The notes beneath the pieces are model-generated. The model was given only the letters and a program-made list of their open reading frames with translations, was not told the origin of the DNA and did not search any database. DNA of 59,571 bases, counting the filler, from Sphacelaria rigidula (Eukaryota): NCBI GenBank assembly GCA_964200075.2. It is 10 parts of 10 records of this genome, joined end to end, with 100 filler letters (N's around TTAATTAATTAA, not from the genome) between each part and the next. Parts side by side here need not be neighbours in the genome. Positions count along the whole stretch, not along the records: positions 29,839 to 35,705 come from CAXNAA020023863.1; positions 35,806 to 41,672 come from CAXNAA020023864.1; positions 41,773 to 47,639 come from CAXNAA020023865.1; 7 more parts are not named here. One strand, given 5' to 3'. The first letter of the stretch is position 1; the number at the start of each line of letters is the position of its first letter. A program made the position numbers and the translations under genes. Below are positions 34,858 through 47,639 of this stretch, piece after piece.

Positions 34858-36602
34858 AGTACCTGGCCGTCATTGAAGCTGTAGTGGTTGCGCATCACAT
34901 TTTTCCGATTTTCCTGTTCCGTCAAGAGCGGAATGAAGTCAAGTGATCGATTGGTCAACATGGATTGATGTTTCATGCTGTTCAGGTTAACCTCACGGAC
35001 TCGTGTCCTGTATCGTCCGTGACACGTTCGAACTCGTAGCACTCGTTCCCTCCCCTCTCCATGATTTCGCGCTAAAAATACATCGCATCTTTTCCCTCCC
35101 TCATCTGTCGTTGCCGTGGCTCTTTTTGCCTGCTGTTTCTTTTCTCGTCGATTTAGTTCGAGCTTCCACGGTTGGGGGCGGTCGACAAGCCCGCTCTCTC
35201 ACGTGGGAAGGGCAAGCGAAAAGTCACGTGGTGGGGGGGATCCGGCGGTGAGTTACCCTTAGGTATTTTTCATGTACCTGCGCTCCGGTGGTCTAGTGGT
35301 ACGTACGATGGACAGCAATCTTCCAAGAAGAATCTGTATTCTGCCGTTGGAAGAGTCGGGACGTGAGTAGCGAAAATAGTATTACTGACTGTTGGGAGAA
35401 AAGTGGCTATGGTGCGGGAGTGCTGATGCAATGCCCGATAAAAAAAATGTAGGGCGTATACCGGGAGCGGGAGTGCTTACCCAATCCGTGATCCCCACAA
35501 TTGTCTAGGCGTATACCGCGGGAGAGCTTGATTGGTCCCTTGCGGCCACGGATTCGTCCGAGAATCACTTCCTTGTGGTGAAGTGAACGTTGTTCGGTGT
35601 ACATGAAGTTTTGATGGATATGAACATCCGACTGTGCTCTCTGCCCCCCTGCCCCCCCACACACACCACCACCAACCCCCCCACGGACACCACCTCGAGA
35701 CGGAGNNNNNNNNNNNNNNNNNNNNNNNNNNNNNNNNNNNNNNNNNNNNTTAATTAATTAANNNNNNNNNNNNNNNNNNNNNNNNNNNNNNNNNNNNNNN
35801 NNNNNCGCTCACCGCCGACGGCCACCCCAGCAGCCTCATCGGTCGCCAAAACCCCGGGCTCGCGGTAGCAGGCTCACCCGCGCAGCCCGCCCCCAAGACA
35901 GCCGTCAAGCAAAAGGCACTCCCCGACGGGGGTACGAGCAACGCGGTCAAACGTGTCGCTCCCCGACCCCCGCCGTACCCGCCCCAGTGGCAACACCTTA
36001 CGCTACTGACCACCGATTTCAACACGGAACTGGCGTTCTGGGCCCCGCCGGCGGGCGTCTGCTTACGAGCTTGGCAGGGGCTCACATGCCCACGGGGGCG
36101 CGGCTGCCGCCTCCCGGACCACACTAGCACACATGAAGCCGTCGGAGGCCCTCCCCTCCAGCCGCCAGCGGCGTTACCGATACCTTCAACAGCCCCGGCG
36201 ACGGCGTCGGCGAAACCACCAGCGCCAGCAGCACCGGCGACCGCAGCGAGGACAGTGGCGCGTTTTTCCCACCGCTTCGGCGGGAATGGCGGAGCTGGGC
36301 GGGGTACCTGAGGGTGCGGGCTCCGCCAGTCGGCGGGGCCTACCAGTCTGGGTGGAGGAGGAGCACCGGTCACGGACTCAGCGAGGTCGTTGGGTATCGC
36401 CCAGGCCCCCCAACCGGGGTCGGTGGCGGTAAGCTTCTTTCACGGTGAGAACAGAAGTACCAACGCACGTAACAACCCATATGCACGTCACAGCGATAGA
36501 CCGCGTAGTTCCATTCCGCATTCCCCACAACCGAAAAACAATTCCATAACCAACCCCACCAAGACGTACTGCAACAAGTAAAGGCCGGCAGGGTACACTA
36601 GA

Positions 36603-37561
36603 TTGGACGGTAGAGCTCACACGCATGAAATACTCGATGAGACCACCGCCCCGCGCAATGACACAAAAAACAACAATCACACGATCAACGGCCTGCACGA
36701 TCACTGTAACCGGTCGACATTGAGGTACAACGGAAAGCACGAACGCGCACAGGTAAGTCAGCAACAAGATCAGGTAATCCGCCCGTCCATGACTAACGAA
36801 AACAACAGTAGTACACGCAGACACCACGCCAACACCACTTCGCACATCCCCATAGGCAGGAGACGTGTAGAAGCAGATCCGGCGGTCGGCAGTTACGCAC
36901 AGGTAACCCTGAACGTCGGTAGATCAGACAATAGCAGAACTCATGCTCCCCGTGAAATTCGAATCACACCCAGTGCAGAAGAAGACCCGGCGTTCGGCAG
37001 TTCCGAGGGAACCCTGAACAACGGCACGTCCATGTTGACGAGCGCAAAGCGTGCAATCTCGATAACCAGTGACATAAGGGGAGCAACAGATCATAGAGGT
37101 GCAGAAGAAGACCCGTTGTCTGGCAGTTCCGAGGAACCCTGGACAATGGCACGTCCATGTTGACGAGCGCAAAGCGTGCACGAGTTCAAAGCAGCACCCG
37201 GTGCGCTAACGCAAAACCGTTGACCCATAGTTACACACAGGTAGCCCCAGACGACGGCTCGCACACGTTGACGAGTGAGAAGCCCGCAGAGAAAAAGAGC
37301 AACACCGACAGTAAGGAGATCATCGGTAGGCGATATTTCGGGTCGGTGAAAAATTCACCTCCAGTTGGGACCACACGCCACCGAAGGCCAACCGGACACA
37401 CAGATCACCTAATCAAAAACCTCAATACCCGGTGGAAACAGCAACAGCAAGAATTGTCGAATACACACGTAGACCTAACAGAAATGAAACGCATCATCAC
37501 AGACCTAGCCGTCACCTGCACGAGCCTCGTCCGACTCACCACGGAAGAATCGGAGATGTAG
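36603..37561 (+). pseudogene. Putative gag/ORF1 remnant with ~126-bp internal tandem repeat
   Basis: Consecutive ORFs 36603-37163 and 37157-37561 lie directly upstream of RT. Repeat unit at 36973 and 37099, partial at 36866. Coiled-coil-like end LNTRWKQQQQELSNTHVDLTEMKRII. Confidence 0.4.
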
Positions 37562-39500
37562 CAAAGGGGCTCGGCGGCACTCTGGTGTCACCGCCAATGA
37601 ACCTGAGAGACGTCCACGAGTATTTCGGAAACCAAAAACACTTCCCTCGGATACGAGAACTCCTGCACATGATCGAGTACGGAGTCCCAATGAACACATC
37701 GTCTAGCGTTCCCGATCTTCGAGGAGCACTGAAATACGGTAATCACCGCAGTATCGAAGAACACATGCCTCAAGTCTGGGAGAAGTTGTTCGAGGATGTA
37801 CGAAGGAACAGATGCCTGGTGTTTAAAAGAAAAAGGGGCAGCGCTCGAAATCAGCGGCCTCACAGTGGCCCCCCTTGGAGCAGTAGTAACTAGCGAAGTC
37901 AGGATCATCAACGATTTTTCGTTTGACCCCAGCGGACCGAAGGGAGAAAAAGGCGGCCTCAACCGGGACACGATTGTAGCCGAGGTGCCACAATGCCTCT
38001 GCGGAAAGGTACTCCCAAAACTACTAAATGAAATCCTGAGGTTACGTGTCAAGTTTCCGGATTGTAGAATCTTACTGTCAAAGGCGCATGTCTCAAACGC
38101 ATTCAGAAATGTCAGGTTCGCGCCCGACCAGGCGCAAAACTGCTGCTACGTGGTAGACGACGTTATAGTAGCAGACTTTCGGCTCACCTTTGGATGGACG
38201 GGGTCCCCCGGCCACTGGGGACTCTCATCACAGGCTGCTGAACATGCTCACTGCAATACCACAATCCTGACGCCGTAATACTCGACGAAGGTAAAGAGAG
38301 GATGAAACACGTGACCATAGTCGAGCCCTGGGAAGAAGGGACACCTACAAAGGTCCCGCCCGACGCTGCCATTCCCCCAGCAACCAGAGGGGGATTCCAC
38401 GATCCCTTTTTCGTTAGCGTGTATGTGGACGACTATATCCTTGCAAGAGTACAGCACGGCGCGCAAGATAAATCGGCGCTAGCCGTGTCAGCTTCGCTAG
38501 TCTCAGATCACATCAGATTGTTTGGTCCCGGAGAGCCGGGCGAGATACCCATCCTTGCACCTAACAAAAGTACAAACTGGGACATCAGCGAAGATGCGTT
38601 GGGATTCACGATCGACACGCACACCATGCGGATAGCGGTCACTCGAGAAAAGGTCGAAGCTATCAAAATATCGCTGGAGCACGACCGGGCCGCCGACAAG
38701 ACACGCGCGATCGCGCAAGACGTACTGAGCATAGCTGGGAAACTCTGGAACCTCACGTTCGTTGTAAGACCCGGGAAATACTTCGTATGGCAACTACTAC
38801 GTCTCACCGATCTACACGTAGCCGCGAAAAAGAAACATAAGGCGAGACGAACAGTGAACCTTGGCTGGGAGTTTCACGAGGATATCGCCTTTTGGAAATG
38901 GGCAATCGCGGAGAACCTGGTGCATCGCGGTGAACCGCTTAGCGCCCCATTCTTTGCCCACATAAAACGCACCGCATCTCGTAGATACATCTCCGACGCG
39001 AGCCTGGCAGCGGTAGGCGGGTACTGCCCAGAGCTCGGGCTATTCTGGCGGTACTCTTTACCCCATGAGCTCACATGCAAACTAAAGAGAAAAGCAAAAA
39101 ATAAAATAAAATCGAGAAACCTGCGCGATCACTATCAACCTAGTAGAACTGTGTGGAATGTTCATGACCGCCTGCGCTATCCAAATGTTTCAGGGCGAAA
39201 GGCCCACAGAGAGAGGGGACCCAACCCTGATGCGCGGCGACAACTCGTCGGCTGTACACTGGGTAAACAAATGCGGGGAATAAAAAGACAGACGCGCCGC
39301 CCTCTTGATGCGAATGATGGGTCGCATGGAAGTCGCCACCGGGTGGTGTACTGTAGCGAAACACATACCTGGCGTCGAAAACGAGCTGGCAGACGGCATC
39401 TCGAGATGGCCGGAGTCGGAGGTGGCCGAGAGGGTAGCACGGTTGACAGGAAATCTCAAATGGAAACGGCTAGAGCTAGGAAATCAGAGAGATACTCGAA
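37558..39500 (+). pseudogene. Frameshifted reverse transcriptase-RNase H
   Basis: RT motifs: YGNHRS, APLGAV..VRIINDFS, LLSKAHVSNAFRNV, RLTFGWTGSP, VYVDDYIL, LGFTIDT. RNase H motifs: ISDAS, INLVEL, RGDNSSAVHW, HIPGVENELADGISR. Frameshifts near 37830, 38265, 39110 and 39275. Confidence 0.92.
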
Positions 39501-39752
39501 TTGATTCTGCAAGAAAGACCCCTGGACCACAGCCTAGACGAACAAATCTGGAACATTATGTCCCGACACCCGCGCTGAACTCGTGATACTATCGCAGGAC
39601 AAAAGGGAGGCCCCGCCAGAGACGAGAAGGGCGTTGCGAAGCTAGTAGAAATACTAGCCCACGCGTCAATTAACGCCAGCACAAGAAGCGGGTACGAGAA
39701 AAAGTTCGAAACGCGGTCGGAGTGGAGGGCCCGCCGAGAAAAGCCCGTATAT

Positions 39753-40676
39753 ATGTCAAGAACCTACGGCGAGGCTAGCGCGGTCTTCGATATCACTGAA
39801 TATATTGCGTGGCGGCTTTTTACGCACAAAAACCAGAGGGGGACAGTGCGGGGGTATTTGTCAGCGATAAGCTTTTACCACAAGATGCATACCGGTTGGG
39901 AGTTACCTATGAAACACCGCATGATAGCAGCCGTGCTCAAGGGAGTGGATCGAGCACACGGAAAATCCGAAGTAAGGCCCCGCGTGCAAAAACCGCTGAC
40001 GCTACCGCTGTTGGTAGAAGGGAGAATGCTAGAGATGGGTACGACACAGAGCCGTGTCACATGGATAGGCCTAGCCCTATCGTATTTTCTTCTATGCAGG
40101 GCCTCTGAAATCTGGGCATACAACGACGGCTCGGTACATCCAGATTTTTGCCTTCGGAGGGGAGACCTCACCTTTTTCAGAGAAAACTCCCAACTGATCT
40201 GGTCAGACAGGGGCATGGCCGATAGGGTCGAGGTGCGTTTTAGAGCCTCCAAGGCGGACCAAAAACGGCTAGGGGCGGTGGTGTCTCGAACTAGAGTAGA
40301 GGGAAGCGCGCGGGGTGCCGAAAGATCTGAAAACACAGGGGCGCTAGAGCTCCTACTCGAGCTGCTTGACTACCACCCAGAGTTAGGGGCAGAAGCTCCC
40401 CTGATGCAGATCGTAGGAAAGACCAGATGGGTAGCAGTCACGCGGGCACGCGCGACGAGCGCACTTAGGCAACTAATTTCCAGTACAGGGAGGGACCCGA
40501 CGGAGTTCGCACTGCACTCCGGTAGGATCGAGGGAGCAACACACCTAGCAGCGCAGGGGGCGTCGCAACTGCAGATTCAGAGGGCAGGGAGGTGGAAATC
40601 GCTGGCCTTCATGACGTACGTGAGAGCGGGGGGCGAAGGAACGATATTCGTATCGCAGGCACTCGCTGGGGAGTAA
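39753..40676 (+). CDS. Tyrosine recombinase of the retrotransposon (frame open from 39579)
   Basis: Catalytic set intact: YFLLCRASEI (R), FRASKADQ (K), HSGRIEGAT (HxxR), GRWKSLAFMTYVR (W, Y). N-terminal binding-domain-like TVRGYLSAISFYH. Confidence 0.93.
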   Translation: MSRTYGEASAVFDITEYIAWRLFTHKNQRGTVRGYLSAISFYHKMHTGWELPMKHRMIAAVLKGVDRAHGKSEVRPRVQKPLTLPLLVEGRMLEMGTTQSRVTWIGLALSYFLLCRASEIWAYNDGSVHPDFCLRRGDLTFFRENSQLIWSDRGMADRVEVRFRASKADQKRLGAVVSRTRVEGSARGAERSENTGALELLLELLDYHPELGAEAPLMQIVGKTRWVAVTRARATSALRQLISSTGRDPTEFALHSGRIEGATHLAAQGASQLQIQRAGRWKSLAFMTYVRAGGEGTIFVSQALAGE

Positions 40677-41772
40677 AGTACAAAGAAGAGAAGGAAAAAA
40701 TGAAATCGAAGTGAAGAAAATCAGGAGAAGGAAAGAGGGAAATATCGGGCTGCCCAATTGGGTAAGTGTGACCTACCACAAGGGCGGGCCAATATTAACT
40801 ACAGTTGTCTCGGGTTCGCCCGATAGTTTCCCAACTGCGAGAGCGTGCTTTATTTTTTCGTCTCGCAGTTTTGTTCGTGTTCGTTTTACGTCTTTTCTAC
40901 ATCCCAAATAATCCATAATTCTTGAGCCAAAAGCAAGTTCCCAATTTTACACCCGTGAAACGTTTCTAGCAACGGAGTTTTTTTCTGAAAAACCAACGGC
41001 GGCATTTTACTTCGCATGAAAGTATTCCCTTTATAAGCATTTCGAGATTTTCAAAGAAAACTGACAACTTTTGATGACACACGAAGGAAGCCGACGAAAG
41101 CCCCTCCTCACCTCCTGGCTGGGGAGAACCGTTTCGATTGTATCAACGGAGATTCATGGGGCTTTATGTACCGGAGCAACAACGCGCGACAAGGCAAGCT
41201 AGGGGAAGTTTCAACAAAACTCTTCCAGGGAAAAAGTGAATTCTGGGAAGGTGGGCTCAGCCCTATTGGAACTTCGATCCTATTTTCCAGAATCTTCTAT
41301 TTTTACCACGGACTCCAAGAAAGCTCTATCTTTTGACACCTTGCGACACATGGAGTTCAGCATCCGTAAGATACAGTTCATCCTCCCCTGTGCGCACCAG
41401 ATTGAATCCTGACAGCTCCTCTAACCTTGTATCCGTTGTGCCTTTCAGCTCGTCCGAGGCGATTTGCCCATCTACATTGAAGGAATATGGCTTCGCTCTT
41501 GATGGTGTGTCGATGTGACAACTGTCTTCTACAGTTCATGCAGAGGTGCAGAGAGTGACGGTTGAGTCACTTGACTTCAGTGAAACAGCCGATTTTAAAT
41601 TTTGGGGTTCAACACTAAAATGGGGCTGAAGTCACATTTCTCTATTGCAGGGAAGATACGAAAGAGTAACACNNNNNNNNNNNNNNNNNNNNNNNNNNNN
41701 NNNNNNNNNNNNNNNNTTAATTAATTAANNNNNNNNNNNNNNNNNNNNNNNNNNNNNNNNNNNNNNNNNNNN

Positions 41773-44700
41773 CACTCGAGTCATTGCTCGTTGTGAAAAC
41801 ATACTCATAGGGCGAGCACTCGAGTCATTGCTCGTTGTGGAAACAAACCAATAGGGCGAGCACTCGAGTCATTGCTCGTTGTGGAGCAAAATCGACAGGA
41901 CAAACTCTCGAGTCATCGCTTGTCGTGGAAGGAAATTGATTCGGCGAGCACTCGAGTCATTGCTCAATGTGGAAACAAACCAATAGGGCGAGCACTCGAG
42001 TCATCGCTCGTTGTGAAAACAAACCAATAGGGCGAGCACTCGGGTCACTGCTTTTTGTGGAAACGAACCAACAGCGCGAGCACTCGGGTCATTGCTCGTT
42101 GTGAAAACAAACTAGTGGGGCGAGCACTCGAGTCATCGCTGGTTGTGGCAACAAACCAATAGGGTGGGCACTCGAGTCATTGCTCGTTGTGAAAACAAAC
42201 CAATGGGGCGAGCACTCGGGTCATCGCTTGTTGTGGAAACAAACCAATACGGCGAGTACTGGAGTCATTGCTCGTTGTTGGAAAAAAGCCAATAGCGGGA
42301 GCACTCGAGTCAGTGCTCGTTGTCGAAACGAACCAATAGAGCGAGCACTCCGGTCATTGCTCGTTGTGGAAACGAATGAATGGGGCGAGCACTCCAGTCA
42401 TCGCTTGTTGTGGAAACAAGATGATTGGGCGAGCACTCGAGTCATTGCTCAATGTGGAAACAAACCAATAGGGCGAGCACTCGAGTCATCGCTCGTTGTG
42501 AAAACAAACCAATAGGGCGAGCACTCGAGTCATTGCTCGTTGTGGAAACGAACCAATAGGGCGAGCGCTCGGTTCATTACTCGTTGTGGAAACGAATGAA
42601 TGGAGGGAGCACTCGAGTCATTGCTCGTTTTTGAGAACAATCGACAGGACAAGCTCTCGAGTCATCGCTTGTTGTGGAAGGAAATTGATACGGCGAGCGC
42701 TCGAGTCATTGCTCGTCGCGGAAACACACCCATGGGGCAAGCACTCGAGTCATTGCTCGTCGCGGAAACACACCCATGGGGCAAGCACTCGAGTCATTGC
42801 TCGTTGTGGAAACGAAGCAATAGGGCGAGCACTCGAGTCATTGCTCGTTGTGAGAACATACTAATTGGGCGAGCACTCGAGTCATTATTCGTTGTGGAAA
42901 CAAACCAATAGGGCGAACACTCGAGTCATTGTTCGTTGTGGAAACAAGCATATAGGGCGAGCACTCGGGTCATTGCTTGTTGTGGAAACGAACCGATAGC
43001 GCGAGCACTCGGGTCATTGCTCGTTGTGAAAACAAACTAGTGGGGCGACCACTGGAGGCCTTGCTGGTTGTGGGAACATATTCATAGGGCGAGCACTCAA
43101 GTCACTGCTCGTTGTGGGAACACACCAATGGGGCGAACACCCGAGTCATTGCTCGTTGTGAAAACAAACCAATAGGGCGAGCACTTGGGTCACTGCTTGT
43201 TTTGGAAACGAACCAACAGCGCGAGCACTCGGGTCATTGCTCGTTGTGAGAACAACCTAGTGGGGCGAGCACTCGGGTCATCGCTGGTTGTGGGAACATA
43301 CTCATAGGACGAGCACTCGAGTCATTGCTCGTTGTGGAAACAAACCAATAGGGCGAGCACTCGAGTCATTGCTAGTTGTGGAAACAAACCAATAGGGCGA
43401 GCACTCGGGTCATTGCTCGTTGTGGAAACAAACCAATAGGGCGAGCACTCGAGTCATTGCTCGTTGTGGAAGAAAATAGATATGCATGCTCTCGAGCCAG
43501 TGCTCTTCGTCGAAGAAAATTGATTGGGCGGGCTCTCGAGTCATTGCTCGTTGTGGAAACATACTCATAGGGCGAGCACTCGAGTCATTGCTCGTTGTGG
43601 AAACAAACCCATAGGGCGAGCACTCGGGTCATTGCTTGTTGTGGCAACAAACCAATAGGGCGGGCACTTGAGTCATTGCTCGTTGTGAAAACAAACCAAT
43701 GGGGCGAGTACTCGGGTCATCGCTTGTTGTGGAAACAAACGAATCGGGCGAGTACTGGAGTCATTGCTCGTTGCGGGAACAAGCCAATAGGGCAAGCACG
43801 CGGATCATTGCGTTTCGTGGAAACAAACCAATGGGGCGAGCACTCGGGTCATTGCTTGTTGTGGAAACAAACCAATAGAGCGACACTCGAGTCATTGCTC
43901 GTTGTTGGAAACAAACCAATAGCGGGAGCACTCGAGTCAATGCTCGTTGTGGAAACGAACCAATAGAGCGAGCACTCCGGTCATTGCTCGTTGTGGAAAC
44001 GAATGAATGGGGCGAGCAATCCAGTCATCGCTTGTTGTGGAAAACAATGATTGGGCGAGCACTCGAGTCATCGCTCGTTGTGAAAACATACTCATAGGGC
44101 GAGCACTCGAGTCATTGTTCGTTGTGGAAACGAACCCATAGGGCGAGCACTCGAGTCATTGCTCGTTGTAAACACGAACCAATAGGGCGAGCGCTCGGTT
44201 CATTACTCGTTGTGGAAACGAATACATGGGGCGAGCACTCGAGTCATTGCTCGTTGTGGAGCAAAATCGACAGGACAAGCTCTTGAGTCATCGCTTGTTG
44301 TGGAAGGAAATTGATACGGCGAGCACTCGAGTCATTGCTCAATGTAGAAACAAACCAATGGGGCTAGCACTCGAGTCATCGCTCGTTGTGAAAACAAACC
44401 AATAGGGCGAGCACTCGGGTCACTGCTTTTTGTGGGAACGAACCAACAGCGCGAGCACTCGGGTCATCTCTCGTTGTGAAAACAAACTAGTGGGGCGAGC
44501 ACTCGAGTCATCGCTGGTTGTGGGAACATATTCATAGCGCGGGCACTCGAGTCATTGCTCGTTGTGAAAACAAACCAATGGGGCGAGCACTCGGGTCATC
44601 GCTTGTTGTGGAAACGAACCAATAAGGCGAGTACTGGAGTCATTGCTCGTTGCGGACAAGCCAATAGGGCAAGCACGCGGGTCATTGCGTTTCGTGGAAA

Positions 44701-47639
44701 CAAACCAATAGGGCGAGCACTCGGGTCGTTGCTTGTTGTGGAAACAAACCAATAGAGCGACACTCGATTCATTGCTCGTTGTTGGAAAAAAGCCAATAGC
44801 GGGAGCACTCGAGTCAATGCTCGTTGTGGAAACGAACCAATAGAGCGAGCACTCTTGTCATTGCTCGTTGTGGAAACGAATGAATGGGGCGAGCACTCCA
44901 GTCATCGCTTGTTGTGGAAAAAAAATGATTGGGCGAGCACTCGAGTCATTGCTCGTTGTGAAAACATACTCATAGGGCGAACACTCGAGTCATTGCTCGT
45001 TGTGGAAACAAACCAATAGGGCGAGCACTCGAGTCATTGCTCGTTGTGGAAACGAACCAATAGGGCGAGCGCTCGGTTCATTACTCGTTGTGGAAACGAA
45101 TACATGGAGGGAGCACTCGAGTCATTGCTCGTTTTTGAGGAAAATAAAGAGGACAAGCTCTCGAGTCATCGCTTGTTGTGAAAGGAAATTGATACGGCGA
45201 GCACTCGAGTCATTGCTCGTCGCGGAAACACACCCATGGGGCAAGCAATCGAGTCATTGCTCGTTGTGGAAACGAAGCAATAGGGCGAGCACTCGAGTCA
45301 TTGCTTGTTGTGAGAACATACTAATAGGGCGAGCACTCGAGTCATTATTCGTTGTGGAAACAAACCAATGGGGCGAACACTCGAGTCATTGTTCGTTGTG
45401 AAAACAAGCATATAGGGCGAGCACTCGGGTCATTGCTTGTTGTGGAATTGAACCGATTGCGCGAGCACTCGGGTCATTGCTCGTTGTGAAAACAAACTAG
45501 TGAGGCGACCACTGGAGGCCTTGCTGGTTGTGGGAACATATTCATAGGGCAGCACTCAAGTCACTGCTCGTTGTGGAAACACACCAATGGGGCGAACACC
45601 CGAGTCATTGCTCGTTGTGAAAACAAACCAATAGGGCGAGCACTTGGGTCACTGCTTGTTTTGGAAACGAACCAACAGCGCGAGCACTCGGGTCATTGCT
45701 CGTTGTGAGAACAACCTAGTGGGGCGAGCACTCGGGTCATCGCTGGTTGTGGGAACATATTCATAGGACGAGCACTCGAGTCATTGCTCGTTGTGGAAAC
45801 AAACCAATAGGGCGAGCACTCGAGTCATTGCTAGTTGTGGAAACAAACCAATAGGGCGAGCACTCGGGTCATTGCTCGTTGTGGAAACAAACCAATAGGG
45901 CGAGCACTCGAGTCATTGCTCGTTGTGGAAGAAAATAGATATGCATGCTCTCGAGCCAGTGCTCTTCGTCGAAGAAAATTGATTGGGCGGGCTCTCGAGT
46001 CATTGCTCGTTGTGGAAACATACTCATAGGGCGAGCACTCGAGTCATTGCTCGTTGTGGAAACAAACCAATAGGGCGAGCACGCGGGTCATTGCTCGTTG
46101 TGGAAACATACTAATAGGGCGAGCACCCGAGGCATTGCTCGTTGTGAAAACAAACCAATGGGGCGAGTACTCGGGTCATCGCTTGTTGTGGAAACAAACG
46201 AATCGGGCGAGTACTGGAGTCATTGCTCGTTGCGGGAACAAGCCAATAGGGCAAGCACGCGGATCATTGCGTTTCGTGGAAACAAACCAATAGGGCGAGC
46301 ACTCGGGTCGTTGCTTGTTGTGGAAACAAACCAATAGAGCGACACTCGAGTCATTGCTCGTTGTTGGAAACAAACCAATAGCGGGAGCACTCGAGTCAAT
46401 GCTCGTTGTGGAAACGAACCAATAGAGCGAGCACTCCGGTCATTGCTCGTTGTGGAAACGAATGAATGGGGCGAGCAATCCAGTCATCGCTTGTTGTGGA
46501 AAACAATGATTGGGCGAGCACTCGAGTCATCGCTCGTTGTGAAAACATACTCATAGGGCGAGCACTCGAGTCATTGCTCGTTGTGGAAACGAATACATGG
46601 GGCGAGCACTCGGTTCATTGCTCGTTGTAAACACGAACCAATAGGGCGAGCGCTCGGTTCATTACTCGTTGTGGAAACGAATACATGGGGCGAGCACTCG
46701 AGTCATTGCTCGTTGTGGAGAAAAATCGACAGGACAAGCTCTTGAGTCATCGCTTGTTGTGGAAGGAAATTGATACGGCGAGCACTCGAGTCATTGCTCG
46801 GTGTAGAAACAAACCAATGGGGCGAGCACTCGAGTCATTGCTCGTTGTGGAAACAAACCAATAGGGCGAGCACTCGAGTCATTGCTCGTTTTTGAGAAAA
46901 ATAAAGAGGACAGGCTCTCGAGTCATCGCTTGTTGTGGAAGGAAATTGATACGGCGAGCACTCGAGTCATTGCTCGTCGCGGAAACACACCCATGGGGCA
47001 AGCACTCGAGTCATTGCTCGTTGTGGAAACGAAGCAAAAGGCGAGCACTCGAGTCATTGCTCGTTGTGAGAACATACTAATAGGGCGAGCACTCGAGTCA
47101 TTGTTCGTTGTGGAAACAAACCAATAGGGCGAGCACTCGAGTCATTGTTCGTTGTGAAAACAAGCATATAGGGCGAGCACTCGGGTCATTGCTTGTTGTG
47201 GAAATGAACCGATTACGCGAGCACTCGGGTCATTGCTCGTTGTGAAAACATACTAGTGGGGCGACCACTGCAGGCCTTGCTGGTTGTGGGAACATATTCA
47301 TAGGGCGAGCACTCAAGTCACTGCTCGTTGTGGGAACACACCAATGGGGCGAACACCCGAGTCATTGCTCGTTGTGAAAACAAACCAATACGGCGAGCAC
47401 TTGGGTCACTGCTTGGTTTGGAGACGAACCAACAGCGCGAGCACTCGGGTCATTGCTCGTTGTGAGAACAACCTAGTGGGGCGAGCACTCGGGTCATCGC
47501 TGGTTGTGGGAACATATTCATAGGACGAGCACTCGAGTCATGGCTCGTTGTGGAAACAAACCAATAGGGCGAGCACTCGAGTCATTGCTAGTTGTGGAAA
47601 CAAACCAATAGGGCGAGCACTGGGGTCATTGCTCGTTGT
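41773..47639. repeat. 44-bp satellite, ~133 monomers, filling the whole contig, with higher-order repeat
   Basis: Consensus GGGCGAGCACTCGAGTCATTGCTCGTTGTGGAAACAAACCAATA. Period 44 (e.g. GTCATT at 43321 and 43365). Distinctive variant blocks recur 2459 bp apart (43376 vs 45835). Confidence 0.97.

Larger units (their letters stand above)
35806..40900 (+). mobile_element. Tyrosine-recombinase retrotransposon (DIRS order, Ngaro-like); 5' end probably off contig
   Basis: Order is gag-like region, RT, RNase H, tyrosine recombinase, all on one strand. No integrase, protease or methyltransferase motifs seen. Boundaries approximate. Confidence 0.9.

Noticed and set aside
42180..47523. Repetitive ORFs (RASTRVIARCGNKPIGRALESLLVVET...)
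   Set aside because: These are translations of a 44-bp unit (not a multiple of 3) with frequent stops.
41773..47639. CRISPR array (palindromic repeat ending GAAAC)
   Set aside because: The intervening sequences are only ~9 nt, mutually related and recur in blocks. There is no leader or cas gene and the context is eukaryotic. It is a satellite.
39753..47639. Recombinase plus repeat array as an integron/shufflon-like system
   Set aside because: They lie on different contigs separated by an artificial linker, and the recombinase is explained by the RT-RNase H immediately upstream.
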